DNA of 64,000 nucleotides from the NCBI GenBank assembly GCA_024679065.1, contig JAGIQG010000026.1, positions 31,992,001-32,056,000 of the forward strand. Direction: 5' to 3'. Position 1 is the first letter of the stretch. Every line of letters begins with the position of its first letter. A program made the translations under genes and the position numbers. The stretch comes from Sphyrna mokarran. Its lineage: Eukaryota. The notes beneath the pieces were generated by a model. The model saw nothing but the letters and a program-made list of their open reading frames with translations. It searched no databases and had not been told where the DNA came from. This document shows, piece by piece, positions 24,445 to 39,400 of this stretch.

Positions 24445-27400
24445 CTGCAAGGGTAAAACACACAATCTCATAATTTCAATTCTATGCAATAATAAACTCA
24501 TTGGAACATGCCAGGATCTTCCACACTTAATCGCTTCATAAATCTAGCATTTTGTAGGAGGAGTAAGCACTTCTGCTTGTTTATTTTCAATAAATGATAA
24601 TTTTAAAAATTGATTACCAAAACATGATCAATGCTAAAATGGGTGGATTTATCAGTGGTGAGCTGCTGATCTATACAAAATAGGGATGTTCATGATTTGA
24701 TCTTCAGTATGTTAGTTGTTCTCAACCTGGAAGGCAGCAACAGGGCACAACAATAAGTTTCCTTTGAGTCATGTGAGATGGAGGAAAGGAAATCAGTTAG
24801 AGTGCCAAATACTATTGACTGACTGACCCTAATTCTAACAGGATTAGACTAAGTAAATTCAGAAAGAACGTACCTGATGGTGGCAGAACTCCAGAACTTA
24901 GGGGTCATTATTTAAGGACGAGGGGTAAGCCTTTTGGAACTGAGGTGAGGAGAAACTTCTTTAATCAGAAGTGGTGAATGTGTGGAATTCGCTATCACAG
25001 AATATAGTTGACATTGTGTAATTTCAAGAAGAAATTAGATACAGCTCTTGGAGCTAAAGGGATCAAGGGACATGGGATAAAGAGGGGAAAATCGGGACAT
25101 TGAACTTGATGATCAGCCATGATTATAATGAATTGGCAGATCAAGCTTGAAAGGCCAAACAGCCTACTCTTGCTTTTAGTTTCTATGACTTATGCTCAAA
25201 CAGTTGAGAGAGCTACTAACATCAACTTTGGGTCTCTTCCTCTGCAAACATTTTCCTCGGTAGATAGGTTTGTAGAAGATTCTTGTCTCTAGTTTGAGAG
25301 GGCATTATCTGTACAATTCACATAATTCCCTTTGCATAAGTAGGTTTAGAAGAAACTTGACGAATGGGAAAAAAGTGACATGAAGCAAATGAAAGTTACA
25401 GGTAGAAAGTCAAGACTGAAAATGAAACAAAGGATTGGCCCATTTAAAGTCCAATACAATCCAAACCAACACCATTTATTAACAGGTTGACAAACCCATG
25501 AATTGCTTAGCAAACTGGTGATATATTTTGATGCAAATCAACTAGCGATAATCTTGTGCCTTTTTACACATGAAAAAAAATTGGGAAATGAAATGCAATA
25601 CAAGACAAACTGGAAGAAACAGATTACTGACAAAAAGTAAATGCAAATTATTTAAATCCAGAATCTGCCAACAATAACCAGAGAAAGTGTAGAAAAAAGT
25701 ACAATCACTTGTCAAATAATTGTTTATTACATTTGATCAAGTGAATTTACCTACCTAAACAGGGTTACTGCATTCTGGAAATAACTCACCTGAAGCATTA
25801 TGAAACATCTCAACCACATAAAAAAGCAGTTAATACAATTAAAGACATTTCTGGCTCAATCAGATGGAAGTAATCAGCTCCAGCGAAGAAAGGCAAATGT
25901 ACTAGTTCAATCAAGAACACCTCCTGAAGTTCAGCATCCATCCCTTAGCTCCAATAGCCTCTGGACTCCTCCCAAGACCCTGATCATGCTGCCCTCGGAC
26001 CTTCCCAACCTTCCCTACACGGGGACCCCATGAACTTCCTCGGGCCTCCAGTGTCCTCAAGCAATTCTTTTTCTGTCCACTGAAGCCCTGTTGCTGCAAG
26101 AACAGGAGTTGCTGCCCAATCAGGCTGGCCAGCAGCTCTCTGAGAAGGGGATTTCCTCCTGAATGAGCTGCGGCAGACCCACCTGCACACACCTAATGCA
26201 CGTTTTGAGTGTGAAACGGCAGCAGAACATTCTGAATCGGCGGCGATGTGTTCCCTATCAACTCCTTGGAAAACGGTGAGATCCGGCCATCTGAAAAATT
26301 CAGGCCATGGTGGCACGGAAGACTATTTCAGTTACACAAATACCAACACTGAAGACATATTTAATGCATTTTTAATTAGGGAGGAAAATCATGTAGATTT
26401 AATTAATTAGGTGGAAATAATAAGTGGTATTATCGCTAGATTATTAATCCAGAAACTCACGGATTCAATGAAAGTAATGTCTGGAATTAAGAATCTACTG
26501 GTGACAATAAAACACATTGTTGATTGTCAGAAAAACTCATCTGGTTCACTAACGTCCTTTAGGGAAGGAAACCTGCCCATCCTTACCTGGTTTGGCCTAC
26601 ACGTGACTCCAAAGCCACAGCAATGTGGTTGACTCTCAACTGTCCTCAGGCAAACAGGGATAGGCAATAAATGCTAGTTAGATAGTGATGCCCACGCCTG
26701 AAGATTTGTTGCCCAGCACCAGTAATAAGTTTCACATTATATAAAACAAAAATAGTAAATGTATGTTCAATTGTACAATTAATTTTCACAAAAAAAAAAA
26801 AATAATTGCATGTGGGGATCAGTGAAATTTCATTTCTGATCATGGGACCTTGCTCATTTCCCCATAACAAAGACTATAATTTGAAACCACTCCATTGGCC
26901 GTAAAATACTTTGCATCTCCTGAGGTGTTATAGAAATTCAGTAAAGGGCTCCTTCAGTTACACTTTCTACATTGTTTTGACATCTAAATCCTTAACCTAA
27001 CTCTAGCAATATCTCAAAAGATCTTCTGCCTACCAAGGCTTATTTTGAACACTTTCTGATGCATGTTCTATATTAGGCTCATACCTCAACTGGTATGGAT
27101 TTTGCCTTTCACGGTCCCCTGCAAAAACTGAAATTGATATAGATCTTTGGTCTCCATTGGAATGGTCTATATTCCATACTGACTTGAACAAAAGAGTAAA
27201 TAAAAAACGTAGTCTTTATTTGCATTAGTGCCACAACTTCAAAAAAAATGTTCCAACAAATTTTGTAACTCATTAACTACTTTCGAAGTGCGGTCATTGC
27301 TATGAGGGGAAATGAACCAGAACATTCTGTGTACGAGGACTCAGACAGCAAATAAAGTGAACAACCAGTTAATTTGTTTTTGGCTTTGGTGATGATTTTT

Positions 27401-30400
27401 GCATAGGGATCACAGTCCAAAATACAGTGAGAACTCGTCAAATAATGCTACAAAGTGGTTTGGATCATCAAACTGAACAGTTTCAAAAGCACAATACTCC
27501 CTCACTACTCTAATGGTTAACCTAGATTGTGGGCTCAAGTCCACGATGAGACTTGGTTCTACATACATCTAGCACAAAGTTTGATAACTAAGCTGAGCTG
27601 ATTGGAACTGCTCATAGTTCACATGCAATGCAGTGTCAAGGGTGCGGATGAATCACTTGCTGTTGCTTATTCAGAACACTCACCTATTCGGTTTGCCAAC
27701 CAATATTTCCTCAGCATTCTTCTTCTCCGTCTGTGACTGATCCTGTTCTTGGTTTTCTGGAAGTATTTCATTCTTCTGCTTCTCTGGAAGTATTTCATTC
27801 TTCTGAGATGCTGTCTCTCCATTTACTGCGGTAGCAGAATCTGCAGATTGTTTGTCAGGGAAAACAGAACAGATCAATTGCAGATTTTTTTTTCCCCAAA
27901 TGCACCTAGCTCAGGGATAAATTATCAATAACTTAACAGATATTATTTTGGGCGTCCACATATTCAGCTATTCTCTTTTAGAACAAACAGCCAGCAGGTT
28001 AGTTAACCATAGTCCGCAACAAAGTAAGGTCCGATCTGTCCTTGAAATAAATACAAAGAGTGACTTTCCAATAGTGCATGTAGGGGGGAGGGTGAGCTGT
28101 GAGGATGATGCACAGATACTTCAGCATATTTGACAGGCTAAGTGCTATTCACTTTGGTGTAAATAATAGGAAGACAGATTATTATTTAAATGGGTATAAA
28201 CTTAAAGAGGTGGATACTCAGCAAGACCTTGATGTCCTTGCTGAAACTAATACAAAAATAGAGCAGGCAGTAAAGAAGGCAAATGGTATGTTGACCTTCA
28301 CAGTGAGAGGATCTGCGTACAGGAATAGGAATGTTTTACTGCAATTGCATAGGGTATTGCCGAGGCTACACCTGGAGTTTTGGTGTCCTTATTTGAGGAA
28401 GGATGTCCTTGCTATAGAAGGAGTACAGCAAAGGTTTACCAGGCTAATTCCTGTGATGGTAGGTCTGTTATATGAAGACCTACCATTTGGGGTTGTTTTC
28501 ACTGGCGTTTAGAAGAGCGAGACAGGATCTCATAGAAACTTGTAAAATTCTAACAGGTTAAACAGGGTAGATTCAGAAAGAATGTTGCAACGGTGGTGAG
28601 TCCAGAACTAGGGGTCATAGTTTGAGGATAAGGGCTAAATCAATTAGAGCTGCAATGAGGAGATTTTTTTTTCCACCCAGAGACTGGTGAATGTATGGAA
28701 TTCACTACTACAGAAAGTAATTGAGACCAAGACATTGTATGATTTCAAGAAGAAATAAGATACAGCTTTTGGAGCTAAAGGGATCAAGGGATATGGGGTT
28801 AAAGGGGGAATCAGCACATTGAATTCTATGATCAGCCATGATCATACTGAATAGCAGTACAGGATCAAATAGCCTACTCTTGCTTTTAGTTTCTATGTTT
28901 CTATCACCCTCTCCTTCCAAAGCCCAACTGCACTACTCCAATTGCTGATGACCAGATAACACTCAAACGTAAGGACTTTGATCTGTGTGACTCAGTGCCA
29001 AATCAAATACAATTTTACCACTGAGCAAAGATACAAACTTTTAAAATTCCATTTACAGTGAATTGCAATCCATGCCGAAATTAAGAATGACTACCAGAAC
29101 ATTAACGAATCACACTAGTTAATGGCTGTAAGTGATATAGTGAGCCCCAACAAGTGGTATTTATATGGAGCTTTCAACATAAAAGTATCTCCCCAAAACA
29201 TACAAAAAGATAGAGAAATGAACACTAAGTCACGTAAAGAGATTAGATGTGTAATGGACATCATTGAAGCCAGCTATAGCCTGCATCACTGTATCCCACC
29301 TAAAGAGTGCTCACCAGAATCCTGCTTCTCCTTCATGCTGTTCTTAGCGTCTTTATCTTCCTCTTTGGTTTTGTTATTTTGCTGCTGCTCCTGTTCTGAA
29401 GGAGTCTTCTTCAGTGTACTATTGCCAGAATCATCTCCTCCCATAAACATGGACTTTAAATGACTGTAGATCTCACCCGCTTTTGCCATGACTTCCTGAC
29501 TGGCTTTATAGCGGCGTATCTAGAAAACATTGCCAACAATACGTAGACACATGGATTATAACGGTCTTACATATGAAGGACAGCATTTCACGTACTCCTT
29601 TGGGTAGTCTCAGAGTTCTCGCTGAGGAGATGGGGAATTGTGCAGGACAACACCTCCTAATTCTCACAACACTCCTTTCAGCACTCACCTTCATTCTATG
29701 CTTGTTCAAACAGTTTGGGTGAATTCAGGAAACAAAAGATTACAAGGGAGAACTCTGGACAAAGGTGAAGCTTAATTTCTTGCTGTGGTTTCATATAGGT
29801 TCTTTAATTCAGTTACTCTGAAGGAATTTTTTAATTTTTTAAAAACGTTAGGATTTTATCTCAAGTTTAAATTTAAAGCTAATTTATCAGGTGTTTCATT
29901 AGTTGTTTCTAGCCCTTGAGGGAGGATCCAAATTACTTTATTATTTGCTCGGTTATTTGCTAATTATCACTTTTTAAACGTAACCAATTACTATTCAAAT
30001 CAGGAATTTCCACTAACCATTTATAGGACTTTAGCTCTATTGGTTGGAGAAAGTCAATTTTGAATTTCAAAGTGATATAGTTCAGAACTAACAAAACTCC
30101 CAAAGTGATTTATGAAATATAAGAAAAACATTGCCTGAAGAAGTTATCAGTAAGATTATTCGGTTAGCATTGAGATGGTGTGACATTAATATACTTTAAG
30201 AATTTTTTAAAAAGTCACGTTCTCTGCAGTTGTATGCAGATCTTTTCAGTTATTTTTCTTCTCATTGTTGCCAGGCCATCTGCTAGACTCGTTTCATTGC
30301 TACTTCAACGGCTTAAATGAAGTTTTGTTTATTTATTATTATGCATTCTGAGGGGGAAGATTAACTGACAAGTCAAAGTCAGGTGGTTCCTCCCCAGGAA

Positions 30401-33400
30401 AAGATATAAGGATTCATTTTTAGTTTGGAAGAATGGCCATCAGATTGGAAAGCAGTGTCTTTTTTTTTCTCTCTCTCCCCTCCTCATATGCTGGCTAAGT
30501 GTGAGCAAGGTTCTTGTCCTTCCTGGAATGGAAAATCTGCTGTTAGTGGTTAGCTTGCCAAGAGTCTCTCCCTGGTGTTTTAAGAAGTTGTTTTGACTCT
30601 AAGCGTGTCTGCATGTGCCAAGAGAATTGTAGCATTCATCCAAAAGACTAACTTCCAGTATCAGATGCTGTATTAAACATGTGACAATGGTTCTGTTTAT
30701 GGGATTTGTTTCGCTGGAACTGTGTTTAGCTGCTAAGGTTTATATATCATGTTTGTTATTTTCATGTTTGAATTGGTAGAAGTTATTGCTAATTTTCTTT
30801 CTACACATATTCCCTGTATATTTAAATAAACTTTGTTTGATGAAAGCTCATTAGTGAGTCAGTTGAATCATACCTCAAGCGACAAATCTTATGCTCACCC
30901 TAGCCAAATTCAAAGTGCAAAATTTATGGTCCAGTCGGGTTTCATGAAACACTTTGGAGTTTCTCACCAAATTATAATGATGGCAATCTTTTGCGTTGAA
31001 CAAGACTATCTTGTAATCTTACGACTGTATAGACTTGCGCGAAGTCTTCAAAACAAACTCTTTCCAACACCATTTATTTCCAGTTTCTCAACAGAATCAG
31101 TTCTTACCCCATCCAACGCTGAAACACTTTGGAATATTGTCACTTCTAGATTTGACTATTCTATTTTATTCTATTTGACTATTCTAGACCTTTACTGGCC
31201 TTCCATCCTCACAAAACACTAACTCGCTCAAAACTGGGCCCATTAATTTACTCTGGCTCACAATCTTTAAATGTATTACATTTAAATTCCTTACTTGCAT
31301 TTATAAATCTCTTCATGGTTTTGTCCACTCCAGTTCTGCAATTTTCTCCAATGCTGCAGCTGTTACCAAATACTCCAACCATCTGGTGATTCACAACACT
31401 GTTGTAAGTATGTAAACCTCTCTGCCACACTACCTTAAAAAGAACCACAAGCTTGCCAAGCTTTCAGTCATTTAAGTCTCTCCTCCCTAGTTTACCATCT
31501 GTTTTCTCATTACTTATTTCTTAAATACTTCGGAACATTTTCTGTGTTAAGGTGCTACACAAATGCAAGTTGTTTTCCTCGATTAGTTACTTTGAAGGAT
31601 TTTTCTCTCACTTCATAGATATTTTACTTTATTTGTTACATTCATAATTCACTGAATTGTTAAATATTTCATTATTCAGTACAATTCTCAGTGATATGGC
31701 TCAACATAAAACCTCTATTCATACTCAAATAGTAAGTACATGTACAATATTACCCAGCTATCTTCAACACTTTAATCACATGCAGAGTTATTTTATAGAA
31801 ATGAATAACATTTATAATGACATAGTTGTATCTCTTCTGTTGTGCCATTTCATATACAACAACTTGCATCTCAAGCACAGTCCAATACGATTTTTGAAAA
31901 CAAACCTAGGCTGTTGGCCAGGACATTGGGAAATATAATGATATGGGTTCATTTACAGCCATCCAAAAGCCACATAAGATTCCACTTCAGTTTTTCAACT
32001 GAACAGTAGCATCTCTAACTAACTGTACAATGCACTCTTGCATATCCGATGGGAATATCAGCAAAGAGTACTGCTTGGATCCCAGAACTTTAAGGCTACA
32101 ATCATTTACAGCCAACTCACACTGTTTGTGACCTCCTCTGTTATGAATTTGTTTACCCGCACAGAAGTATTTGTAGGCCTGATGGTGGTTCACGAACCCA
32201 AATTTTCACCCAACTGAGATTTAATATTTAAAACTTCTCACCTAAACATATGTTGGTCCTGAAATAAATAAAAGACTGAATTTAGAGGCCATGAAAAAGT
32301 GATTGTTCAGTGTTGAGTTACCCACATCGAAAATGTGCATTGCACATGTTTTATTGTGATTTACTGGATACAGTTAATTCCCAACCAGTATTTTGCAGTT
32401 CAGATACAGTACAACACTTCACTAAAATTTAGCAAGTCAGCACTAAGCCTCAGGAACGTCTTGACACTTGAACAAAAAGTCACAACTTTAGATAGCCTGA
32501 AAAATATGGCAAATGCCACCAAAGGAATAGTTTGTCAATGAATTCACAATCAGGTGCATTAGACAGTCTGAAGGAAAAATAAGGGAGTGTTAGCATTTCT
32601 GTAGTGGTACTGCTTTTATGAGCAGAAGAGAAAATGGAGAATTGTTCACCAATTGATAGAGCACCAGCATCAAAGGAGGAGTCCAGTTAATGGTCTAGTT
32701 ATGTGAAACAAACCACTTGAATTGTAGCAGATAAAGAGTAGTAAAGGAGATAGTGCTGGTGTCACCAGTGACGATGAAGGTGGTGCAAAAGTGCCTCTGC
32801 TTCAACTTTGAAAATCTTTTCAGCCAACACAGGGTGGTTTGATCATTTTAAAAAGCGTTTTGATCTGCATTATGTGAAGTTGGTGGGGAGGCTGTTTCAG
32901 CTGACCGTGCAGCTAGCTGCAGGAGAATTTTCCAAGATGCTGCAAGAATACATTGAGGAGAGCAGCTACCAGGCAGAGCAAGTTTTCAACAGAGACAAAC
33001 CTGGCCTGTTCTGGAAGATGATGCCAAAAAGTATCTACATTTTGAAAAAAGGTGGCAGCTCCTGGTTTTATAACAACAAGGGACAGGTTGATGCTTCTAC
33101 AATGTGGTAATGTGACTGTCTTTAAATGTAAATGTTGGTTTATAGGTCCCTTGAACCCTCGAACTTTTAAAAAGTAAAATAAATCTTATTTGCCAGTTTT
33201 TTGGAAGGGTTGTAACAGCAGTCTTTGAAGACTAGTTTGCTAATTGCTTTCTGCAGGAGGTTGGAGCTTATCTTTCAAGGTCCGTTTAATTCTCAATCAT
33301 GTACTGGCGTCTGCACTCTCTCACATACAGCCATCCAGCTGTTGACATTTTACTTTTACCCCCAAATATGACCTAATTTATCCAACCAATGGACCAGGCA

Positions 33401-36400
33401 ATATCTGCCTCATTCAAGGCTTACTATACATGAAAAAATTTCAGCCACACCCTTCATATGATGGAAACAAGACCCTTCAACACAATCCTTCATTGCTGGA
33501 ATCAATTCAACATCCTTTTAACAACAGACATACTTATAGACTCCTGGAATGAATTTAGATCTTCAATCATAAATGCCTGCTGGAAAAAAGTTTGACCTGA
33601 GGATGTGATTTATCTCATAGAGTTCCCCAATGTTGATGCTGAGCCATAAAAAAAAATTGCAGTGCAAAAAAAGGGTATTCAATCCATGGCACTAGTCAGT
33701 CAAAAAGAAAAGGAAAAAATAAAACTAGCTGCTCATTTTAATCCCATTTTCCAGTAGCCTTGCAGGTTATAATAGTTCAGATATAGATCCAGATATTTAA
33801 ATGAGTTGAGCGTTTCAACCTCAGTCACCAACTTAGGCGGTGATTTCCAGATGCCCAGCACCTTCTGAGTGAAATGTTTTTCCTCACATTCCCTCTAATC
33901 CTTTAACAGTCACTTTAAATCTATGCCCCCAGGTAATTGACCCCTCAGTTAGGGGAAATGAGTCTTTCCTGTCTATCAAGACCCCTCATAACTTTGAACA
34001 CCTCAATTAGGTCTCCTCTCAGCCTCCTTTGTTGAGAGGTTTAAGTGTGTAGATCACCAACAACTTGTCCTAGTCCCCCCAAGCTGATCCTATAGTTAAG
34101 AAAGCCCACCAACACTTCTACTTTCTCAGAAGACAAAGGAAATTTGGCATGTCAGCCACGATTCTCACCAACTTTTACAGGTGCACTATAGAAAGCATTC
34201 TTTCTGATTACATCACGGCTTGGAATGGCTCCTGCTCTGCCCAAGACTGCAAGGAACTACAGAAAATTGTGAATGTAGCCCAATCCATTATGCAAACCAG
34301 CCTCCCGTCCATTGACTCTGTCTACACTTCCTGCTGCCTTGGCAAAGCAGCCAGCATAATTAAGGACCCCACTCACCCTAGACATTTCTCTCTTCCACCT
34401 TCTTTTTTTATTTTTTTATTAAGCAACACAGCACGGGAAACAGGCCCTTCGGCCCAACGAGCCCGCGCCACTGTAATACCAAATCATTATCCTATTTTAA
34501 TATTCCTATATAATAATATATATATTAATCCTAATTTGGAAAATTTTCACCATAGTGACAATTTGTTACCCAATCAGCCTAAGAGCGAATTTTTGGGTTG
34601 TGGGAGGAAACCGGAGTGCCCGGAGAAAACCCACGCAACCACGGGGAGAACGCGCAAACTCCCGCAGACGCCGGCCCAATTCCAAGTGTCTGCACAGCCA
34701 CATCGATAGTCTCTGAGCTGTCATGGTGCCCTTCAGGTGGTCCACATAAAGCACTCATATACGACATGAGGTACCAGGCAACCCATGAATCAACATCCAA
34801 GAGCTGTACCCGAACCACCTGCCGAATGCGTGCTCAAATTATGGACCGAATTACCTGTGGAAAAAGCCGTAGTTAAACAGTCCTAATATATCCCTCTATC
34901 TGCATACCGCTCATGTGGCTGTCCAAGAGACCCTTAAACAGCCCCAGCGTGCCTGCTCCCACCACCTTACTCGGCAGTGCATTCCACACCCCCACTACCC
35001 TTTGTGTGAAAAACTGCCCTCTAATATTCGTCTTATACATAGCCCCCTCACCCTATGGCCATGACCCCTCGTCCTATCCATTTCTGAAGGTGGAAAAAGT
35101 TTACCTCCATTTACTCTATCTATACCCCTTATAATCTTATACACCTCTATGAGATCCCCTCTAAGCCGACGTCTTTCAAGGGAAAACAACCCCAGTCTAT
35201 CTAATCGTTCCGCATAGGACAGTCCTTCCATACCAGGCAGCATCCTGGTAAACCTCCTCTGCACTCTCTCCAAGGACTCCACATCCTTCCGATAGTACGG
35301 AGACCAGAACTGGGCGCAGTATTCCAAGTGAGGCCTAACCAAAGTTGTATACAACTGCAACATCAAACTCCTACTCTTATATTCTATACCCTTTCCTATG
35401 AAAGCTAACATACTATACGCCTTCTTTGTCACCTTCTCCACCTGTGAGGACACCTTCAGAGACTTGTGAACCTGCACCCCCAAGTCTCTCTGCGTCTCTA
35501 TGGGACTTCCTTTGCGTCTTCCTTTGGGAAAAGATACAAAAGTCTGAGGTCACACATCAATTGACCTGACTCAAGTTCAGCTTCTTTCCTGCTCCTTTCA
35601 GACATTTGAATGAACTTACCTTGCATTAAGTTGATCTTTCTTTACACCCAGCTATGAATATAACACTACATTATGCACTCTTTTGTTTCCTTCTCTATGA
35701 ACGGTTTGTTTTGTCTGTATAGTGTGCAAGAAAAAATACTTTTCACTGTATGTTAATCCATGCGATAATAATAAATCAAAAATCAAATCAAAGGAAAATA
35801 ACATAGCTAATCCAAACATCAGGATAGCCAGGATCATTGACTTGGCAAACAATTTGGAGGGGAGGGGTGTGAAGAACTGACTACAAATGAGTTGCTTTGA
35901 TCTCATCAAGAACTGTCTACAGAGGAGTTGTTGAATTGATGAAATTAAATGAATCTAAACAGCAGCAGAGAGAAAGAGACTCTGTTTCCAATAATCATGA
36001 TAAATCTCATAAGATCAGCTGAAGATGTGAAAAAAGTAGATGGCAGATCATGACAAAAGCATGGAAAGAACTGTTGTCTTTGTAGAGAAATTGACATTGT
36101 TATTTCTCCTTACCAATAACTTTACAAAACTGAAAAACAAGAGACAAAGCAGTCAGCAATATCATTCTTTTCATCCACATCAATGCCTGCATCAATCATG
36201 TCACCCACTCCCTCTACCTCCACTCTCAAGTATCTGTACTGTACAGAAATGTAACTTAATACCATAATTGATAAGTCCTATATTGCTCACATTTTCCTGG
36301 TTGTCAAACAATTTCTGCAGTAAAATTGTCATGAATTTACTCAAAAATGTAGTTTTTAATGTTCTCATTCCTTTAAAAATGTCAAATTTTGGGATAACCG

Positions 36401-39400
36401 GAATCTAACTAATTCACTCCCATTATCGAACATATTCAATTTCACACTTCCACGGGAAGTAACCACAATGAATGGCAGAACTTGACTGCAACTCAAAGAC
36501 AAGCTATCAACTAAACTCAGCTGACAGGATACAAAGTGACTTCGATTTTGTTTCTACAGAAAATATATCAGAATTTAATCATAGTACCATCACTTACTCC
36601 TGAGCTACATTTAATGTAAGTGCAATTTTGCACCTGCTGTGTAATTGGTCTGAAGGAAATATTGGATTTTTTTTTTAAGTAATATTCCCGCATTAATTTT
36701 ACAAAGTCACACTACATTGATTACTCATTGTTGGGTGAGCGGAATATACGTCAATATATCAGGTTTTTTTGGCTGCATTTGCACCAAGAAAAATGTGGAT
36801 TAGCACATTTATTTAGTTTGTTTGGATTTAATTTCCAGAGGTTAATTAGACCCAAAGTTGAAGGAGGAGGCCTTCCATTCTAGTGCTACATTACTGTCAT
36901 TCAGTCATATATCTGTTATCGATGTTACTGCTTAAAAATAAGGGGTCACTATTTAACACAGGATAAGAAGAAACTTTTTATTTCAGATGATTATAAGTCT
37001 TTGGAACTCTCTTTCTCAAAAGGCAGTGGAAGCAATCTTTAAACATTTTTAATGCAGAGGTAGATCGATTTTTGATAAGCAAAGTGAAAGGTTATTGGGG
37101 ATGTATAGCAATGGGGAGTTGAAGTTACAATTATATCAGCCATGATCTCATTGAATAGCAATGCAGGTTCAAGGGGAAGTGTTTTCTACTCCTGATCCTA
37201 ATTCGTATGTTCACATATATTAAATAATCACAGACACAAAACGGGATCTAATATTATGATACTACTAAGAGCACAGCTGATGGTAAAGAGCAGGGTATTC
37301 CAAATCCCAGAAGGAAAACTTGAAACATCTGCTCTCAACTGTATTTTGTCAATTTTGGTGTAAAAGGAAGAAAGATATGAAAATCAGAGGAGGGTGTCCC
37401 AGACGTCTTTCTGATGCTTTCAAACAAAATAAATGTTTATTAAACAATGTAATACATAAACAATAAAGCTAACTAGAAATACACTTTACAAATTTAATAG
37501 CTGTACACTGTATCCCTAAATTTACCCAGTTCCAAATCCCTTATTTCTCCTAACTTCAGAGCAAATCCTTCCCAAACAACATCCTATAAGAATTGAAAAA
37601 AATGTAGACAAAATCCAGGCATTTTATCTTTGAGGATTACTTCTGATGTAGGGCAGAACAACTCATTATCCAAATAAGTTTTTCTACAGACAGAGCTTAC
37701 AGGGAGTTCACAGCAGCTACTCCTGCTGTGAATCAAGTTCTCAAAACAGCCAACTTGCATTGGTTAAAATTGTTCCTGATTTATCATTTTTCCTTTTGAT
37801 ATTTCCTTACATGAGCTAACCTCCTCAGAAGCCACATTTAGTTATCTTTATTTCATGAGTCTACATTTAGAATGTAATTGTAAAATTAATCTAGTCTGCT
37901 TTGAACTTCTAGCTATTTCTTTAACCTCTTGACAGTCTTCTTGTTACCAACTTGTCTTAGGTAAACTTCTGTTTACAGGATTGCTAAACTTATCAGCATA
38001 TAAAAAGCACTAGTTCCATCAATCGAACATAGCTATCTCTGCGACACTGAGGCAATCTTGAGCATGTGTTCACTGAGAAGATTACAATTTCCAATTTTTG
38101 CCATCCATCATTAGCAAGAAAATCAGGTTCACATCTATAATGGGCATAAACCTGATTTTAATATATTTTAATAAATTTAAACATAATTAAAGACTGCCCC
38201 CCCACCCCCAGCACATATTTCCCCCAGATATATTTTCAAATGTTGCCAATGTGACTTTAGAACAGCACCTAGATGTGAACCTGCTGTGGGGATCCTCCAC
38301 CTCCTCCTCCACATCCCCCCAAGGGTTAAAAGTAAGTATAGCTCTTGGGGAAAAGGGACATGGTCAGGCAGTGTCCTGGCACTGCCCCTAGGCACAGGCT
38401 GGCATTGCCTATTTGGAATGGGGGTGGGGATGTAGAGCCCCTGATACTCCGTGATGGAGTGGGGGAGGAAGGTTTTTGTCCCTCTGATCAGGACATCTTT
38501 TAAACAAAGGGTCAGAAGCTCTGGTGAGAAAACCGGTCTGTTTGTCTGAAGTAATAAACTGGTTTTCAGTCAGACCCTGACACTTCAATATTTTTTGATA
38601 GGATTCAGCCCCAGATTATATTTTAAAATATATTTTTTAAAGAATATACAATAAATATTCCCAATTACTGGATCGCCTTGATTTTTCATATTATCAAAAT
38701 TTCCGGACAATACTTTGTGTCATAAACACGAGACCGCCCCTTTCACCTTTCCCTCAACTAATTCTGGTAGCTAAGGAAAAGTTCTTCTGTTTATAATCCT
38801 AGGAATGATACCAGAAGCTCATCTAGAAATCAAGTCTAGTGAAGTTGCTCCTGAAGGCACAAGGACTCGATACTCACCTTTGATAGTGATCCCAGAAGAT
38901 CTACTTCTTGGAAAGGGTATTGAATTTGTGGAACTAGCTGCCACATAGTGCAGTGGAGTCTGAATCATTCAATTGTTTCAAGAAGGAGATAGGATGTATT
39001 TCTAATATAAAAAACGGGATAAGGGGATATGGAAACAGGCGGGGAGGTGGATTTGAGACCCGGGATAGATCAGCCAAGATGTGATTGATTGAGCAGGTTC
39101 GAAGGACTGAACTTGCCTACTTCTGCTCCTAATTCCTATGTTCCTAGCAATAGATACAGATGCTATAAAAATGTAGAGCAAGAAGAATGGAAACAGACCA
39201 CAATAATATAAAGAGGAAAATTGAGTTTTAGTTGTCTTTGAATGCCACTAATAAGAGGAAAATAATTCACCACCCCAAATTTTCTCCTCCTCTAGATGGT
39301 GGTGACTCTTGCTGGGGTATAATACTACAGATTTCAACCACCTTTGGTGTTGGGGATAAAATCCTAATAGGTTACTGAAGATTTTAAATCATTAGATATT

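Noticed and set aside
25790-25850. Possible extra HDGFL2 exon (minus-strand CAG|GTGAGT donor at about 25790)
   Set aside because: No convincing in-phase acceptor, and the peptide is unlike HDGFL2; the model is phase-consistent without it
32808-33110. Domesticated TIGD/CENP-B-like gene
   Set aside because: The surrounding transposase sequence has many stops and frameshifts; fossil transposon
37250-38140. Possible additional reverse-oriented solo LTR
   Set aside because: LTR-like composition, but termini and TSD could not be defined by eye
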